Positions 41,982 to 51,782 are shown, counted from the first letter of the stretch. The stretch is 59,826 nucleotides of DNA from Dehalococcoidia bacterium (GCA_009692945.1 SHYD01000005.1:1-59826); one strand, 5' to 3'. The notes: generated by a model not told the origin, from the sequence alone. Program-made: numbers and translations.

Positions 41982-42470
41982 CTACCCGCCGAAGAACTTG
42001 CCGGGGATAGGCACTGCCTTGATGTGGTGGTTGGCTTCTGAGAAGGCAGATAGGGGCTTGCCGTCGAGGCCGAGCCGGGAGTCGCTGTCCTCCTGCTTGG
42101 GGCGTGATCCCGACCCCACCCGGATGATCATGAGGTTGCCGGGGCCGGTGTTCAGATAGCGATAGAAAACCCCCTTGGGGAGCATGATCCCCTCGTGGGC
42201 CCCCAGCACCGTCTCGCCCCCGTTCTCGTCGTAGAAGGTGACCTCGCCCTCCAGCACGATGAAGGCGTGGTCCTCGTCCAGGTGCGCGTGCAGCGCGTTC
42301 TCGCCTCCCTCGGCGTTCATCTTGGTGTGGATCCACAGTCCGTCGGTCTGGCTCACCTGCGTGGTGACCCGTCCGGCGGACAGATACGGTGTCTTGAGGG
42401 AGAAGGTGGTGGCCTTCGGCTTCGCCTCGATCTGGATAGTCGCGGGGTGCTCCTTGCTGACTACCTGCAA
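41982..42470 (-). CDS. Cupin domain protein
   Basis: GENALHAHLDEDHAFIVLEGEVTFYDENG...GIMLPKGVFYRY cupin motifs; TTG start 42470 assumed. Confidence 0.65.
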   Translation of the reverse strand: MQVVSKEHPATIQIEAKPKATTFSLKTPYLSAGRVTTQVSQTDGLWIHTKMNAEGGENALHAHLDEDHAFIVLEGEVTFYDENGGETVLGAHEGIMLPKGVFYRYLNTGPGNLMIIRVGSGSRPKQEDSDSRLGLDGKPLSAFSEANHHIKAVPIPGKFFGG

Positions 42471-42487
42471 TCCACGATGATTACGGC

Positions 42488-43552
42488 TCAGACGGCGGCT
42501 AGAGGGGCCGGAGTTTTCAGATGGTAGAGGTCCACCACGTTCTCCCGCAGGATCTTGCGCAGGCTGTCTGGAGCGAGGTGTCCGAGGTCCCGCTCGATGA
42601 CCTGGCGTGAGCCGGGCCAGGTGGAATTGCCGTGGGGGTAATCGTTCGACCACATGCAGTTGCCCTCGCCCCAAAACGAGAGCAGGTGGCCGCCGGGCGG
42701 GTCGTTGAAGAAAGTGCTGTAGAACTGGCGGTTGAAGTAGAAACTGGGCAGTTCCTTGAAGGGGACGGGGCGGCGCTGCGCGAAACGCTGGACGTAGCGG
42801 TCCCACTGCGAGATGACGAAGGGGATCCAGCCGATCTCGTTCTCTACCAGCACGAACTTGAGCCTGGGGTAACGCTCGGCCACTCCCGAGAAGATGAGGT
42901 CGAACACGGCCGTCATCGCGTCGTGCAGCTTGGTGTTGACGCTGTTGCGGTGGGTTTCGATGCCGACGGACGAAGCGGGCAGGCGGCTGTAGTTGAAGCC
43001 GCTCAGGATATGGAGGTTCACCGGCATGTCCAGGGCCTCGGCCGCCTCCCACAACTCGTCGTAGTGATTGCCGGTGAACCGAAGGTGCTCGGGCGGCACC
43101 TGCCAGATGAGCGCCCCCACCATCCCCATCTTCTTGCAGCGCTCCAGTTCCTTCACGGCGTTCTTGATGTTGTAGCAGGAGACCATCGGGATGCCCCACA
43201 GCCGGTCGGGGGCGGCGGCGCAGTACTCCGCCATATAGTCGTTGCCGATCCGGAAGTACGCCTCCTGCGAGGCCGGGTCCTCCACTGCGAACAGCCGCAG
43301 CGCCAGCGTGGTGTAGAGCACCTCGCCGCTCACGCCGTCCCGCGCCATCTCCTGCACCCGCTGCGTCGCGTCGATGCCGCCGGGTTTGTCGTCGGCCCCG
43401 GCGCGGTTGAGCTTGGGCAGATGGTCCTTCAGCGAAGCCGGGACCTGCCGGTCCCAGAGGTCGATGGGCTCGATAATGTGGGAATCGGAGGAGATGATGG
43501 CTTCGGTGGCCAGGATCTCCCTGACGTTGTTTGCCTGGGTGATGGTGGCCAT
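42488..43552 (-). CDS. Amidohydrolase-2 family protein (ACMSD-like decarboxylase/hydratase)
   Basis: IISSDSHIIEP metal motif, ...NLHI..., WSNDYPH C-terminal motif; start at MATITQ. Confidence 0.85.
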   Translation of the reverse strand: MATITQANNVREILATEAIISSDSHIIEPIDLWDRQVPASLKDHLPKLNRAGADDKPGGIDATQRVQEMARDGVSGEVLYTTLALRLFAVEDPASQEAYFRIGNDYMAEYCAAAPDRLWGIPMVSCYNIKNAVKELERCKKMGMVGALIWQVPPEHLRFTGNHYDELWEAAEALDMPVNLHILSGFNYSRLPASSVGIETHRNSVNTKLHDAMTAVFDLIFSGVAERYPRLKFVLVENEIGWIPFVISQWDRYVQRFAQRRPVPFKELPSFYFNRQFYSTFFNDPPGGHLLSFWGEGNCMWSNDYPHGNSTWPGSRQVIERDLGHLAPDSLRKILRENVVDLYHLKTPAPLAAV

Positions 43553-43654
43553 GTTAACCCTCCCTAACCGTGCTACAAGACGTTTCCTGTACCCGTATTT
43601 TGGTCGTAGTTTAAGGGACTGTGCGGCGCTCGGAACCAGCCTCGGCCTGATCGC

Positions 43655-43775
43655 CCGCCCCACCCCAGAAAAAACAGGAGAATTCTATGTGGGGGGCACC
43701 CCCACTCCCCCGGCAGAGGGCTGTCGCCCTCGTGCACTCCCACTTCCGAACCCGGCCGCCCCGCAACAGTGAACT
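43655..43775 (-). repeat. Family A REP/MITE-like element
   Basis: GGAGAATTCTATGTGGGGGGCACCCCCACTCCCCCGGCAGAGGGCtgtcGCCCTCGTGCACTCCCAC. Confidence 0.8.
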
Positions 43776-43794
43776 CGTACGTTTTCCCCGTGCC

Positions 43795-44967
43795 CTACCC
43801 CCTCGGCAGGCCAAGGCCCCGTTGCGCGATGACGTTGCGGTTGATCTCCGACGTCCCCAGACCGATGGTGTAATAAACGGTTTCTTTATACATCATTTCG
43901 ATGCGGCCCTGAAGCGGGGTGTACTTGGAACGGCGGTTCAACTGGCCGTACAGCCCCATCATGTTCATGGCGGTGCTGGCCAAACGCTGGCTCACCTCAC
44001 CGCCCATGATCTTGGAGGCCGAGTTCTCCCGTGTGGGATCCATGCCGTTGACCTGCGCCCAGATGGCCCGGTAGAACACCCAGCGCGCCAGGTCGATCGC
44101 GATGGCGAGTTCGGCCAGCCGGTTCCTCACCTCGGGCCGCTTCCCGATGGGTCGGCCGTTGTAGGCCGTGCTCGCGACGAAGCCGGTCACGTCGTCCAGC
44201 AGCCGCTTGGCCTGGGTGGCGCGGTTGATGCCGCCCCGCTCCGAGGAGAGCGCCGACACCAGCAGATACCAGCCCTCGTTCTCCCGCCCCACCAGATGGT
44301 CCTTGGGCACCCGCACGTCTTCCAAGAACACCTCGTTCTGGGCGTGAGCGCCGGTGAGGTTGATCAGCGGCCGCACCGTCACCCCGGGCGATTTCATGTC
44401 CACCAGCAGGAAGCTGATGCCGCGGTGCTTGGGCACCTCGGTATCGGTGCGGCAGGCCAGCAGGCCCCAGTCAGCCAAGTGAGCGCCGGTGTTGAACACC
44501 TTCTGCCCGTTCACCACGTAGTCGTCCCCCGTCAGCACCGCCCGGGTGCGCAGCGAGGCGAGGTCGGAGCCGGATTCGGGCTCGGTGAAGAGCTGGCACC
44601 AGGAGTAGTCGGCGTTGGCAATCGGACCGAGGAAGCGGCGCTTCTGGTCGTCGGTGCCGGCATGCATCAGCAGGGGCGCCACCACCATGTTGCCGCCGTC
44701 CCAGGCGCCGGGGAAGCGGTGGTACGTGACTTCCTCGCTGAAGATGAGCTGCCGCCACGCCCCGTAGCCCAGCCCCCCGTAGGCCTCAGGCCAGTGCATG
44801 ACCCGCCACTTGGTGGGCAGGAGTTTGCGGGCAAACTCCTGGGCGTAGACCTCCTCTTCCTCTTCATCCAGGTTCATCTCGTCCCAGTTGGGTGGAATCG
44901 TCTTGCGGATGAAGCTCCGCACCTCGCTGCGAAACGCGTTGTCTTCAGGGGTCCAGCCGAAATCCAT
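43795..44967 (-). CDS. Acyl-CoA dehydrogenase
   Basis: 391 aa from MDFGWTPEDNAF; ACAD N/M/C domain pattern, C-terminal YKETVYYTIGLGTSEINRNVIA. Confidence 0.9.
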   Translation of the reverse strand: MDFGWTPEDNAFRSEVRSFIRKTIPPNWDEMNLDEEEEEVYAQEFARKLLPTKWRVMHWPEAYGGLGYGAWRQLIFSEEVTYHRFPGAWDGGNMVVAPLLMHAGTDDQKRRFLGPIANADYSWCQLFTEPESGSDLASLRTRAVLTGDDYVVNGQKVFNTGAHLADWGLLACRTDTEVPKHRGISFLLVDMKSPGVTVRPLINLTGAHAQNEVFLEDVRVPKDHLVGRENEGWYLLVSALSSERGGINRATQAKRLLDDVTGFVASTAYNGRPIGKRPEVRNRLAELAIAIDLARWVFYRAIWAQVNGMDPTRENSASKIMGGEVSQRLASTAMNMMGLYGQLNRRSKYTPLQGRIEMMYKETVYYTIGLGTSEINRNVIAQRGLGLPRG

Positions 44968-45074
44968 GCCGCTATCCTCACGAAAAGATTGCCGCGCCCG
45001 CGCTCTCCCGCCGCGGTCACAGCTTAGTACGGAGGGGGTTCCGCTGTCTAACCCTAATGGATGGTGCGTCGGCC

Positions 45075-45235
45075 AGAGTTGAGGGCTGCCGGGCTCAGGA
45101 GCGGGAGTGCACAAGGGCGGTAGCCCGCCTGGTTGTCCTGATCTCGTCGAAGGGCCGGGGGCGTGGGGGCGCCCCCAAACAGAATTCTCCTCTTTCCCCT
45201 GGGGTGGGGGGAGTCGCTCGCATCGCCCCAACCCT
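45075..45235 (+). repeat. Family A element with ~25-bp insertion in first hairpin
   Basis: GGGAGTGCACAAGGGCGG...(insert)...GGGCCGGGGGCGTGGGGGCGCCCCCAAACAGAATTCTCC. Confidence 0.75.
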
Positions 45236-45247
45236 CAGAAGCCGTCA

Positions 45248-45613
45248 TCAGCTGCAGCCGTGCAGGCAGGCGGTGGTGAAAAATGCCAAGAAATGCGCCA
45301 TCACGAAAACCGGTACCGTGACCACCATGGCGCGCGCCCATAGCCGCTTACGGTGGGTTGCATGCACGGCGATCAGCGCGATCCCGGCGGCGATGAGTTC
45401 GAGCCATACGGCCGGCGCGGGCAGCGGAGCAAAAGCATGCGCCATGGTGAACAGGGCCACGGGCCCAGCTCCCAGCGAGCCGGCCAGCATGCCGCACCAG
45501 AGCGGCGCAGGGACGCGGAGTGCCGAGCGGGCCGGCGGGTCGGACCGGGTGGCCGGTGTTGCCCGGCCGGCGTCCCTCGTCTGGTGCCACATCAAGAAGC
45601 CGAGCAGTTCCAT
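45248..45613 (-). CDS. Hypothetical membrane protein
   Basis: 121-aa ORF with 3 hydrophobic segments; no family recognised. Confidence 0.4.
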   Translation of the reverse strand: MELLGFLMWHQTRDAGRATPATRSDPPARSALRVPAPLWCGMLAGSLGAGPVALFTMAHAFAPLPAPAVWLELIAAGIALIAVHATHRKRLWARAMVVTVPVFVMAHFLAFFTTACLHGCS

Positions 45614-45724
45614 GATCCACTCCCTCCCCCACTACGCCCCGCCTCGGGGCGGGAGTCCAGAGGGCGCTGCCCTCTGGCAGGAGGTGCGGGGGATGTTCCC
45701 CCGCTTTCACTTCGTACCCTGAAC

Positions 45725-45762
45725 AGCTACCTGCAACGCTCGCCAGGGCGTTGCAGGTAGCT
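45725..45762. terminator. 15-bp-stem hairpin downstream of the SBP gene
   Basis: AGCTACCTGCAACGC-tcgccagg-GCGTTGCAGGTAGCT, 21 nt beyond the 45783 stop. Confidence 0.5.
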
Positions 45763-45782
45763 CTGGCATCAACTCCCTCAGA

Positions 45783-46940
45783 TCACTGGATCAACGACAC
45801 CGAGAAGTTGCGCGTGTCGTCCTGACGGGCGATAGCGGCTTCGTTGGCGGCCAGGAAGTACTTCACGCCGGGCTGGGGCACGATCTCCGGATTGCTGGGT
45901 GGAACGTCCAGACGCCGGGTGTTCCAACTGTTGGCGTTGCACCAGATGGTCTGGCCCTCCTTGGTCAGGATCCAGTTGATGAAGAGCTTGGCGGCGTTGG
46001 GATGTGGCGCCCGGTTGATCAGGAACAGGGCGCCTGCGGTGCTGACCGAGCCCGCGTCGTCCAGGTTCAGGCCCCGGGCGTTGGCGCCGATCCCCTCCTG
46101 CCGGAACGACTTGAGGAAGTTTTCGATGGCACCCAGGCCCCAGGCGTAACGGCCGCGGGCCACACCCTCGACAATCGCCCGGTCGTCGCGGGTGAAGGTG
46201 GGTTGCTGGTCCACCAGCAGTTTTCGCACAAAATCGTCGCCGAAGTTGTCCCGCAGCGACGCCAACATCGGGTTGGACCCACCGGTGCGGACGTCCGCCA
46301 TGATGATCTTGCCCTGCCACTTGGGGTTCAGGAGGTCCCGCGCGCTCTTGATCTCGCCGTCTTTGACCTGGTTGGTGTCGATGATGAACCGGGGGATGAG
46401 CTCGCCGGACATCACGTAGGCGACCTTTTTATCGGTATCGGGGAAGCCCGCCTCAAAGCCGTTGCGCCAGAGGGTGTCGTCCTTCACATCGGGACGGAAG
46501 ATCACCTCCCGGATCGAATCGAAGGCGCCGGTCGGGCGCAGAGTGAGCAGCATGCTCTGCACCGCGGTCAGCGCCACATCGAAGCTGTAGATGCCCGCTT
46601 TGCGCTCGTCGATCACCTTGGGCATGTACAGGGTGGCCGAGGTGAACTGCTGCATGTCCACCGTCACGCCGGGGAACGCCGCCATGAAGGCGTCGACACC
46701 CTTCTGATAGCCGGGCCCGGAGAGGCCCAGCAGGTTCAGCTTCCCCTCCTGCTTGGCCGCGGCCACCAACTTGTCCCACTCGTCCTCCCAGGCCGCCCGG
46801 GCGGCTGGAGCCGGTGGGCGTGCCTCGTTCCCGCCCGTTGCCGGTGGCGCGGCGGCCGGGCTGCACGCCATGGCGCCGGCTGCCGCCAATAGCCCGGTTC
46901 CGGCCGAAAGAAACCCTCTTCTATTCATCATCGAAGCCAT
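45783..46940 (-). CDS. ABC transporter substrate-binding protein (family 1, iron/polyamine-type), Tat/lipoprotein signal
   Basis: MNRRGFLSAGTGLLAAAGAMACS twin-arginine + lipobox; 385 aa. Confidence 0.85.
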   Translation of the reverse strand: MASMMNRRGFLSAGTGLLAAAGAMACSPAAAPPATGGNEARPPAPAARAAWEDEWDKLVAAAKQEGKLNLLGLSGPGYQKGVDAFMAAFPGVTVDMQQFTSATLYMPKVIDERKAGIYSFDVALTAVQSMLLTLRPTGAFDSIREVIFRPDVKDDTLWRNGFEAGFPDTDKKVAYVMSGELIPRFIIDTNQVKDGEIKSARDLLNPKWQGKIIMADVRTGGSNPMLASLRDNFGDDFVRKLLVDQQPTFTRDDRAIVEGVARGRYAWGLGAIENFLKSFRQEGIGANARGLNLDDAGSVSTAGALFLINRAPHPNAAKLFINWILTKEGQTIWCNANSWNTRRLDVPPSNPEIVPQPGVKYFLAANEAAIARQDDTRNFSVSLIQ

Positions 46941-47084
46941 CAGGGGCCTCCTGCATTGTTCCTTGCCCGTTGCGCTCCCGGTCTGGGGAGCAGGCGACTG
47001 CCCAAACGGTAGGCTCTCTTCCGAGGAACGTCAAGGACACGGCTCGCCTCGTATTTTCTCAGTGTCGCGAGTTGCCGGAGTCCA

Positions 47085-47185
47085 TCGGGGCAGGTGTGGA
47101 GAGGGCGGCAGCCCTTTCCCAGGGGTTGTGGGGGTGCCCCCCACGAACAACGCTCTTCTTTTTCTCTTGGGGTGGGGCTCCGGAA
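47085..47185 (+). repeat. Family A' variant element
   Basis: GGCAGGTGTGGAGAGGGCggcaGCCCTTTCCCAGGGGTTGTGGGGGTGCCCCCCACGAACAA...TTTTTCTCTTGGGGTGGGG. Confidence 0.75.
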
Positions 47186-47335
47186 GACCAAGAGCCGCTC
47201 TTCACTGACAAGTCATCACCTGAAGACAGAGTACTTGCCTCGCCTCGCCCGCCGATTGGTCTCAGCTCCGAGGGGGCACGGCGATGTGACGGCCCCACGT
47301 GCGTTATCATTGGTGAAGCAATCGACACCGAGGAG

Positions 47336-47797
47336 ATGCCCATGCTTGAGATCGGCCAGCAGGCCCCCGGCATCACCGCCACCGACCACACCGGCAGGGC
47401 CTTCGACCTCGCCGGGATGCGGGGCAAAAAGGTTTGGCTTTACTTCTACACCTCGCCGGGCGGCAAGAACTGTACCGCCCACGCCTGCGGCTACCGCGAC
47501 AACCTGGCGCAATTCACGGCGAAGGGCATCGAGATCGTCGCCCTCAATGATCGTCCCGCCGCCGAGCAGCGGGAGTGGGTGGAGCGGGAGGGCCTGCCCT
47601 TCCTGGTGCTCTCCGACCCGGACCGCGCCATCGCCAAGGCGTACGGGATCTGGGAGGACGGGGCGGAGCGCTACGTGGCCAACAACGGCGGCGGCCGGCG
47701 CCCCGCAGTGCTGATCGACGAGCAGGGCAAGATAGCGATGGTGCTGCCGGACCTGATGACGGTCGAGGACGATCTGGCGGCGCTGGGAGCGGTGTGA
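47336..47797 (+). CDS. bcp: Peroxiredoxin (Bcp-type thiol peroxidase)
   Basis: QAPGITATDHTGRAFDLAGMRGKKVWLYFY...NCTAHACGYRD; alternative ATG 47342. Confidence 0.85.
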   Translation: MPMLEIGQQAPGITATDHTGRAFDLAGMRGKKVWLYFYTSPGGKNCTAHACGYRDNLAQFTAKGIEIVALNDRPAAEQREWVEREGLPFLVLSDPDRAIAKAYGIWEDGAERYVANNGGGRRPAVLIDEQGKIAMVLPDLMTVEDDLAALGAV

Positions 47798-47984
47798 GGG
47801 TGGGGGAGTCCGGCACAGAACCCCCCAACAAGTAACCGTTCAGATGTAATTGGGGGCGTCGATCCCCCATTGAGGCCGAAAGGATTCATAAGCGTCGAGT
47901 CCAGAACCTCGCCCACCCTTTTGCCGACGCCCCCACCCTCCCTTTGCTATACTGAGGATCTGAGGGGTGGAGGAGGCGACGCAC

Positions 47985-48332
47985 ATGGATCACGAAATGT
48001 GCCCGGTGGCCGAGGCGGCAAAACTGTTGGGAGACAAGTGGACGCTCATCGTGCTCCGGGACCTCGCTGCGGGCCCCAAACGGTTCAAGGAACTGGAGCG
48101 TCGGGGCGAGGGGATCAGTCCCAGCATCCTGGCCGGGCGCTTGCGCGCCCTGGAGGAGCGGGACATGGTCACCCGCACCAGCTACAACGAGATCCCGCCC
48201 CGCGTCGAGTATGAACTGACCCTGAAGGGCCGGGACGCTCTCCCCGTCATCGAGGCGCTCGGCAGCTACGGCATGCGCTGGCTGATGCCCGACGGCGCGC
48301 AGACCTCGTGGCGCCCGGCTGCGGTGGGTTAG
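47985..48332 (+). CDS. HxlR family transcriptional regulator
   Basis: CPVAEAAKLLGDKWTLIVLRDLAAGPKRFKELER...ISPSILAGRLRALEE...PPRVEYELT. Confidence 0.85.
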   Translation: MDHEMCPVAEAAKLLGDKWTLIVLRDLAAGPKRFKELERRGEGISPSILAGRLRALEERDMVTRTSYNEIPPRVEYELTLKGRDALPVIEALGSYGMRWLMPDGAQTSWRPAAVG

Positions 48333-48628
48333 AGTCCCCCCCCGGCACCGCCGGGAGGCATGATTCGGTCAGTGGGCGTTCTCAAGGCTGGAACGCCCCT
48401 TCCATGTTCAGCTCCCCGATCCGCGCGCCAAGACAACCCGTCTGGTCCGTCGCTCCGATGGGCCGGCCGGCGCCTGCCAATTAGCCGCTACGCCGCCGCT
48501 ACGCCGCCGCTTCGGCGCTCCCGGCACTCAGCAGTTCCATTTTTCGTGGGCATTTGGACCCGATGGTTTCCGGCGCCCATCAGGCGCCGCTTGTTCACTA
48601 CCAGCGTAGCCGCCCAAGTTTTCAGCGC

Positions 48629-48672
48629 CGTTACAGTCCGGTTACCATACGGTTACGGTCTGGTTACCATGG
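48629..48672 (+). repeat. Four tandem 11-bp repeats CGGTTACnnnn (iteron-like)
   Basis: GTTAC at 48630, 48641, 48652, 48663, exactly 11 bp apart. Confidence 0.7.
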
Positions 48673-48719
48673 TGTGAACACGGTATGACGCGGGCGTGGC
48701 GGCACCCCGCCTGGGGATC

Positions 48720-48865
48720 TATTCCGTGTCAGGGGATCAGGAGGTAAGAGCCACGCCCCCCACCTCAGGAAGAAAAGAGGAGAATTCTATGTGGGGGACA
48801 CCCCCACTCCCCCGGCAGAGGGCTGCCGCCCTCATGCACTCCCGCTTCTGAGCCCGGCAGTCCCT
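48720..48865 (-). repeat. Family A REP/MITE-like element with tail
   Basis: TATTCCGTGTCAGGGG...GGAGAATTCTATGTGGGGGACACCCCCACTCCCCCGGCAGAGGGCtgccGCCCTCATGCACTCCCGC. Confidence 0.8.
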
Positions 48866-48959
48866 CACCTGTGACTCTTGCCCCACCTGCCATCACACGC
48901 TTGATCCGGCGCTCAGGTGCTATAATCCGGGCTGAACATCCGTTCCGAAGGACCGCCCT

Positions 48960-49460
48960 TTGCGCGTGCTGGGCATTGATCCTGGGCTGAATATCACCGG
49001 TTATGGCGTGGTGGACCGCACCGGCCGCCGCCTGTCCATCGTCGAAGCGGGCGTCATCCGCCCGGGGCGCGCCGATCACCCCCTGGAGGAGCGGCTGGAT
49101 GTGCTGGCCACCGGGCTCGAATCGGTGATCGCCCAATTTCACCCCGAGGCTATGAGCCTGGAGCAGGTTTTCAGTCACAGTAAGTTCCCCATGGCGGCGC
49201 TCTGGATGGCCCACGCCCGCGGGGTGGTCTGCCTCACCGCGGCGCGGGCCGGCATCCCGGTGCATAGCTACGCCCCCACCATGGTCAAGCTGTCGCTGGT
49301 GGGGCAGGGCCGGGCCACCAAACAACAGGTGCAGCACATGGTGGCGGTGCGGTTCGGGCTGCCCAAGCCGCCCGAACCCCCCGATGTCGCCGATGCGCTC
49401 GCGCTCGCCATCACTCACCTCGAGGCGACGGCGCATCCGGCGCTGGCCGTCGTGGACTAA
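48960..49460 (+). CDS. ruvC: Crossover junction endodeoxyribonuclease RuvC
   Basis: RVLGIDPGLNITGYGVV..., EQVF, DVADALALAITH catalytic motifs; TTG start. Confidence 0.9.
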   Translation: MRVLGIDPGLNITGYGVVDRTGRRLSIVEAGVIRPGRADHPLEERLDVLATGLESVIAQFHPEAMSLEQVFSHSKFPMAALWMAHARGVVCLTAARAGIPVHSYAPTMVKLSLVGQGRATKQQVQHMVAVRFGLPKPPEPPDVADALALAITHLEATAHPALAVVD

Positions 49461-49474
49461 CCGCGGAGGAGACC

Positions 49475-50431
49475 ATGGATTACGGCTTTCGGGTCCCGGT
49501 GCGGGGGGCGCTCACCGCCCCCGAGCATATGTCGGCGCTGGCGCGCCATGCAGAGGCCCTCGGTTTCGCCTTCATCTCTTCGCCGGACCACGTGGTGATG
49601 CCGGCTGCGACTGAATCGGAATACCCCTACGGCGGCACCGCCGCCTTCCAGGTGAAGACCAACGAGGGCGAGTTCCTGGAGGAGTTGACGGTGCTCAGCT
49701 TCATTGCTGGCCAGACCAGCCGGGTTCGCCTGCTCACCTCGGTGCTGGTGGTGCCCTACCGGCAGCCGGTGCTGGCCGCCAAGATGTTCGCCACGCTGGA
49801 CTACCTTTCGAAGGGCCGGGTGGTGGTCGGCTGCGGCGTCGGCTGGCTGCGGGAGGAGTTCGAGGCGTTGAACGCCCCTCCTTTTGAGGACCGCGGCGCC
49901 GTGACGGACGAGTACATCCGGGTGTTCAAGGAACTGTGGACCAATCCCCGGCCCACCTTTGACGGCAAGTACGTCCGGTTCCCCGCGCTTGTTTTCGAGC
50001 CGCGCCCGGTGCAGCAGCCTCACCCTCCCATTTGGATCGGCGGCGAGTCGAACGCGGCGCTGCGGCGGGTGGTGCGGTTGGGCGACGGGTGGTATCCCAG
50101 CGCCGGCAGCGGCGAGGTGGACACCCCGGAGCGCTTCGCCGTGCGGGTAACCCAGTTGGGCCGCATGCTGGAGGAGGCGGGCCGGGACCCGGCAACCGTC
50201 GACATCGGGGTGGGCACCGGCAAGTTCAACCAGGGGAAGGCCGAACGGGCGGCCGGCGGCGGGCGAGCGGCCCTGACCGGCAGCACGGAAGAGGTGGCGG
50301 ACGATATCCGGGCATATGAGCAGGCCGGCGCCCAGCATCTGCTGGTGCGCTTCCCCGGCGAGACGAGGGACGAACTTGCGGACAACATGGAGCGTTTCAT
50401 AAAAGAAGTGGCGCCGCTGGTGAGCGGATGA
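49475..50431 (+). CDS. Luciferase-like monooxygenase family (LLM class, F420-dependent-type) oxidoreductase
   Basis: 318 aa TIM-barrel LLM pattern (...SSPDHVVM..., GRVVVGCGVGW, PPIWIGGES). Confidence 0.85.
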   Translation: MDYGFRVPVRGALTAPEHMSALARHAEALGFAFISSPDHVVMPAATESEYPYGGTAAFQVKTNEGEFLEELTVLSFIAGQTSRVRLLTSVLVVPYRQPVLAAKMFATLDYLSKGRVVVGCGVGWLREEFEALNAPPFEDRGAVTDEYIRVFKELWTNPRPTFDGKYVRFPALVFEPRPVQQPHPPIWIGGESNAALRRVVRLGDGWYPSAGSGEVDTPERFAVRVTQLGRMLEEAGRDPATVDIGVGTGKFNQGKAERAAGGGRAALTGSTEEVADDIRAYEQAGAQHLLVRFPGETRDELADNMERFIKEVAPLVSG

Positions 50432-51069
50432 TCGCATATCTCTCCGGTGTGCTGCGGCGCATCTCCCCCGACAGCCTGCGGGTGCTGGTGGCCACCGACA
50501 GCGGCGTGGGCTACGAGGTGCTGCTGCCCTTCTTCGTGAAGCGGGCGCTGGAAGAGGAGGGCAAGGAAGGGCAGCGGGTCGAGTTCGAGACCTACTACTA
50601 CGCCACCGACCGCCACCCGGCGCCCATCCTCATCGGCTTCCTGCGGGAGCACGAGAAGACCTTCTTCGAGCAGTTGCTGGCGGTGGAGGACATCGGCCCC
50701 TCCAAGGCGGCCAATGCCCTGGTGTTCTCGGTTTCCACCATCGCCGCCGCCATCGAGGACGGCGATGTCGCCATGCTGCGGCGTCTGCCCGGCATCGGCG
50801 AGCGGACCGCCAACAAGATCGTGGCGACCCTGAAGGGCAAGGTGGCAGAATGGGCCCTGCTGCGGGATGAGGGCTACGACACCATCCCCAAGGCCGCCAA
50901 AGAGGACCGCAGCGAACTGACCGGGGTCGTCATCGAGGCGCTGGTGGGGCTGGGCTACCGCCGGCCCGAGGCAAAGGCCAGAGTCGATGCGGCACTGGAC
51001 CGCACCCCGGAACTGCAGGACGAACAGGCGCTGATCCGGGAGGTGTTCCGGGCCGAGCGCAACCGGTGA
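50428..51069 (+). CDS. ruvA: Holliday junction DNA helicase subunit RuvA
   Basis: MIAYLSGVL..., FGF...E..FF..L..V.GIGPK-like and LPGIGERTANKIV HhH motifs; ATGA overlap with upstream stop. Confidence 0.9.
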   Translation: MIAYLSGVLRRISPDSLRVLVATDSGVGYEVLLPFFVKRALEEEGKEGQRVEFETYYYATDRHPAPILIGFLREHEKTFFEQLLAVEDIGPSKAANALVFSVSTIAAAIEDGDVAMLRRLPGIGERTANKIVATLKGKVAEWALLRDEGYDTIPKAAKEDRSELTGVVIEALVGLGYRRPEAKARVDAALDRTPELQDEQALIREVFRAERNR

Positions 51070-51083
51070 TTTCGCGAGGCCCC

Positions 51084-51608
51084 ATGATCACCATCCTCAT
51101 CGCCTACGATGAACGCGGCCGGGCCATGGAACCGCTGGCCGAAGCGGCCGCCGAGGGGGCCGGCTCCATCCCGGGCGCAGAAGCCATCGTGCGCGCCATC
51201 CAGCACGCCACGCTGGATGATGTGCTCAACGCCGACGGGCTCATCCTCGGCTCGCCCAACTGGAGCGGCATCTCGGCTCGCATCAAGGAGTGGCTCGATA
51301 CCGGCGAGGACCTCTGGGAGTATCAGATGCTGGTGGGCCGGCCCTTCGGCGCCTTCAGCAATGCCCGTTCCCGCGCCGCGGGCAACGAGGCGACGCTCCT
51401 GCAACTCTGGCATCCCCTCATCGCCAACGGCATGATCCCAGTCGGCCTGCCCTGGAGCAACGTCATGCGGTTCAGTTCCAGCTCTTACTACGGCCCGGTG
51501 GCGGTCGGGCCGGCCACCGTCGATGACCTGGAGCAGGCGCGCATCCTGGGCCGGAGGGTGGCCGAGGTGGCGCGGCGGCTCGACCGGCGGGGGTTGGGTG
51601 TGGTGTAA
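51084..51608 (+). CDS. Flavodoxin-like fold NAD(P)H-dependent oxidoreductase (WrbA-like)
   Basis: MITILIAYDERGRAMEPLAEAAAEGA...ADGLILGSPNW... Confidence 0.75.
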   Translation: MITILIAYDERGRAMEPLAEAAAEGAGSIPGAEAIVRAIQHATLDDVLNADGLILGSPNWSGISARIKEWLDTGEDLWEYQMLVGRPFGAFSNARSRAAGNEATLLQLWHPLIANGMIPVGLPWSNVMRFSSSSYYGPVAVGPATVDDLEQARILGRRVAEVARRLDRRGLGVV

Positions 51609-51782
51609 CACCGGCGCCAATCGACGTTCGCACCGAGCCGATTCCGATGTGTTGCAATTGGGTTCGTCCGCAGGCCCGGCCAAAAGACCGGGCAACCCCG
51701 TACTTTCGTACCTATTCCGTCGGGTCCGCTTCCGCTACAGTGAATTCGTGGGATCATTCGCCAAACCCACTGAGTCACAACC

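Noticed and set aside
48360-48677. 105-aa ORF in the HxlR-ruvC spacer
   Set aside because: Arg/Pro/Ser-rich with no family similarity. It overlaps the GTTAC iteron-like array and other short repeats, so it is treated as non-coding.
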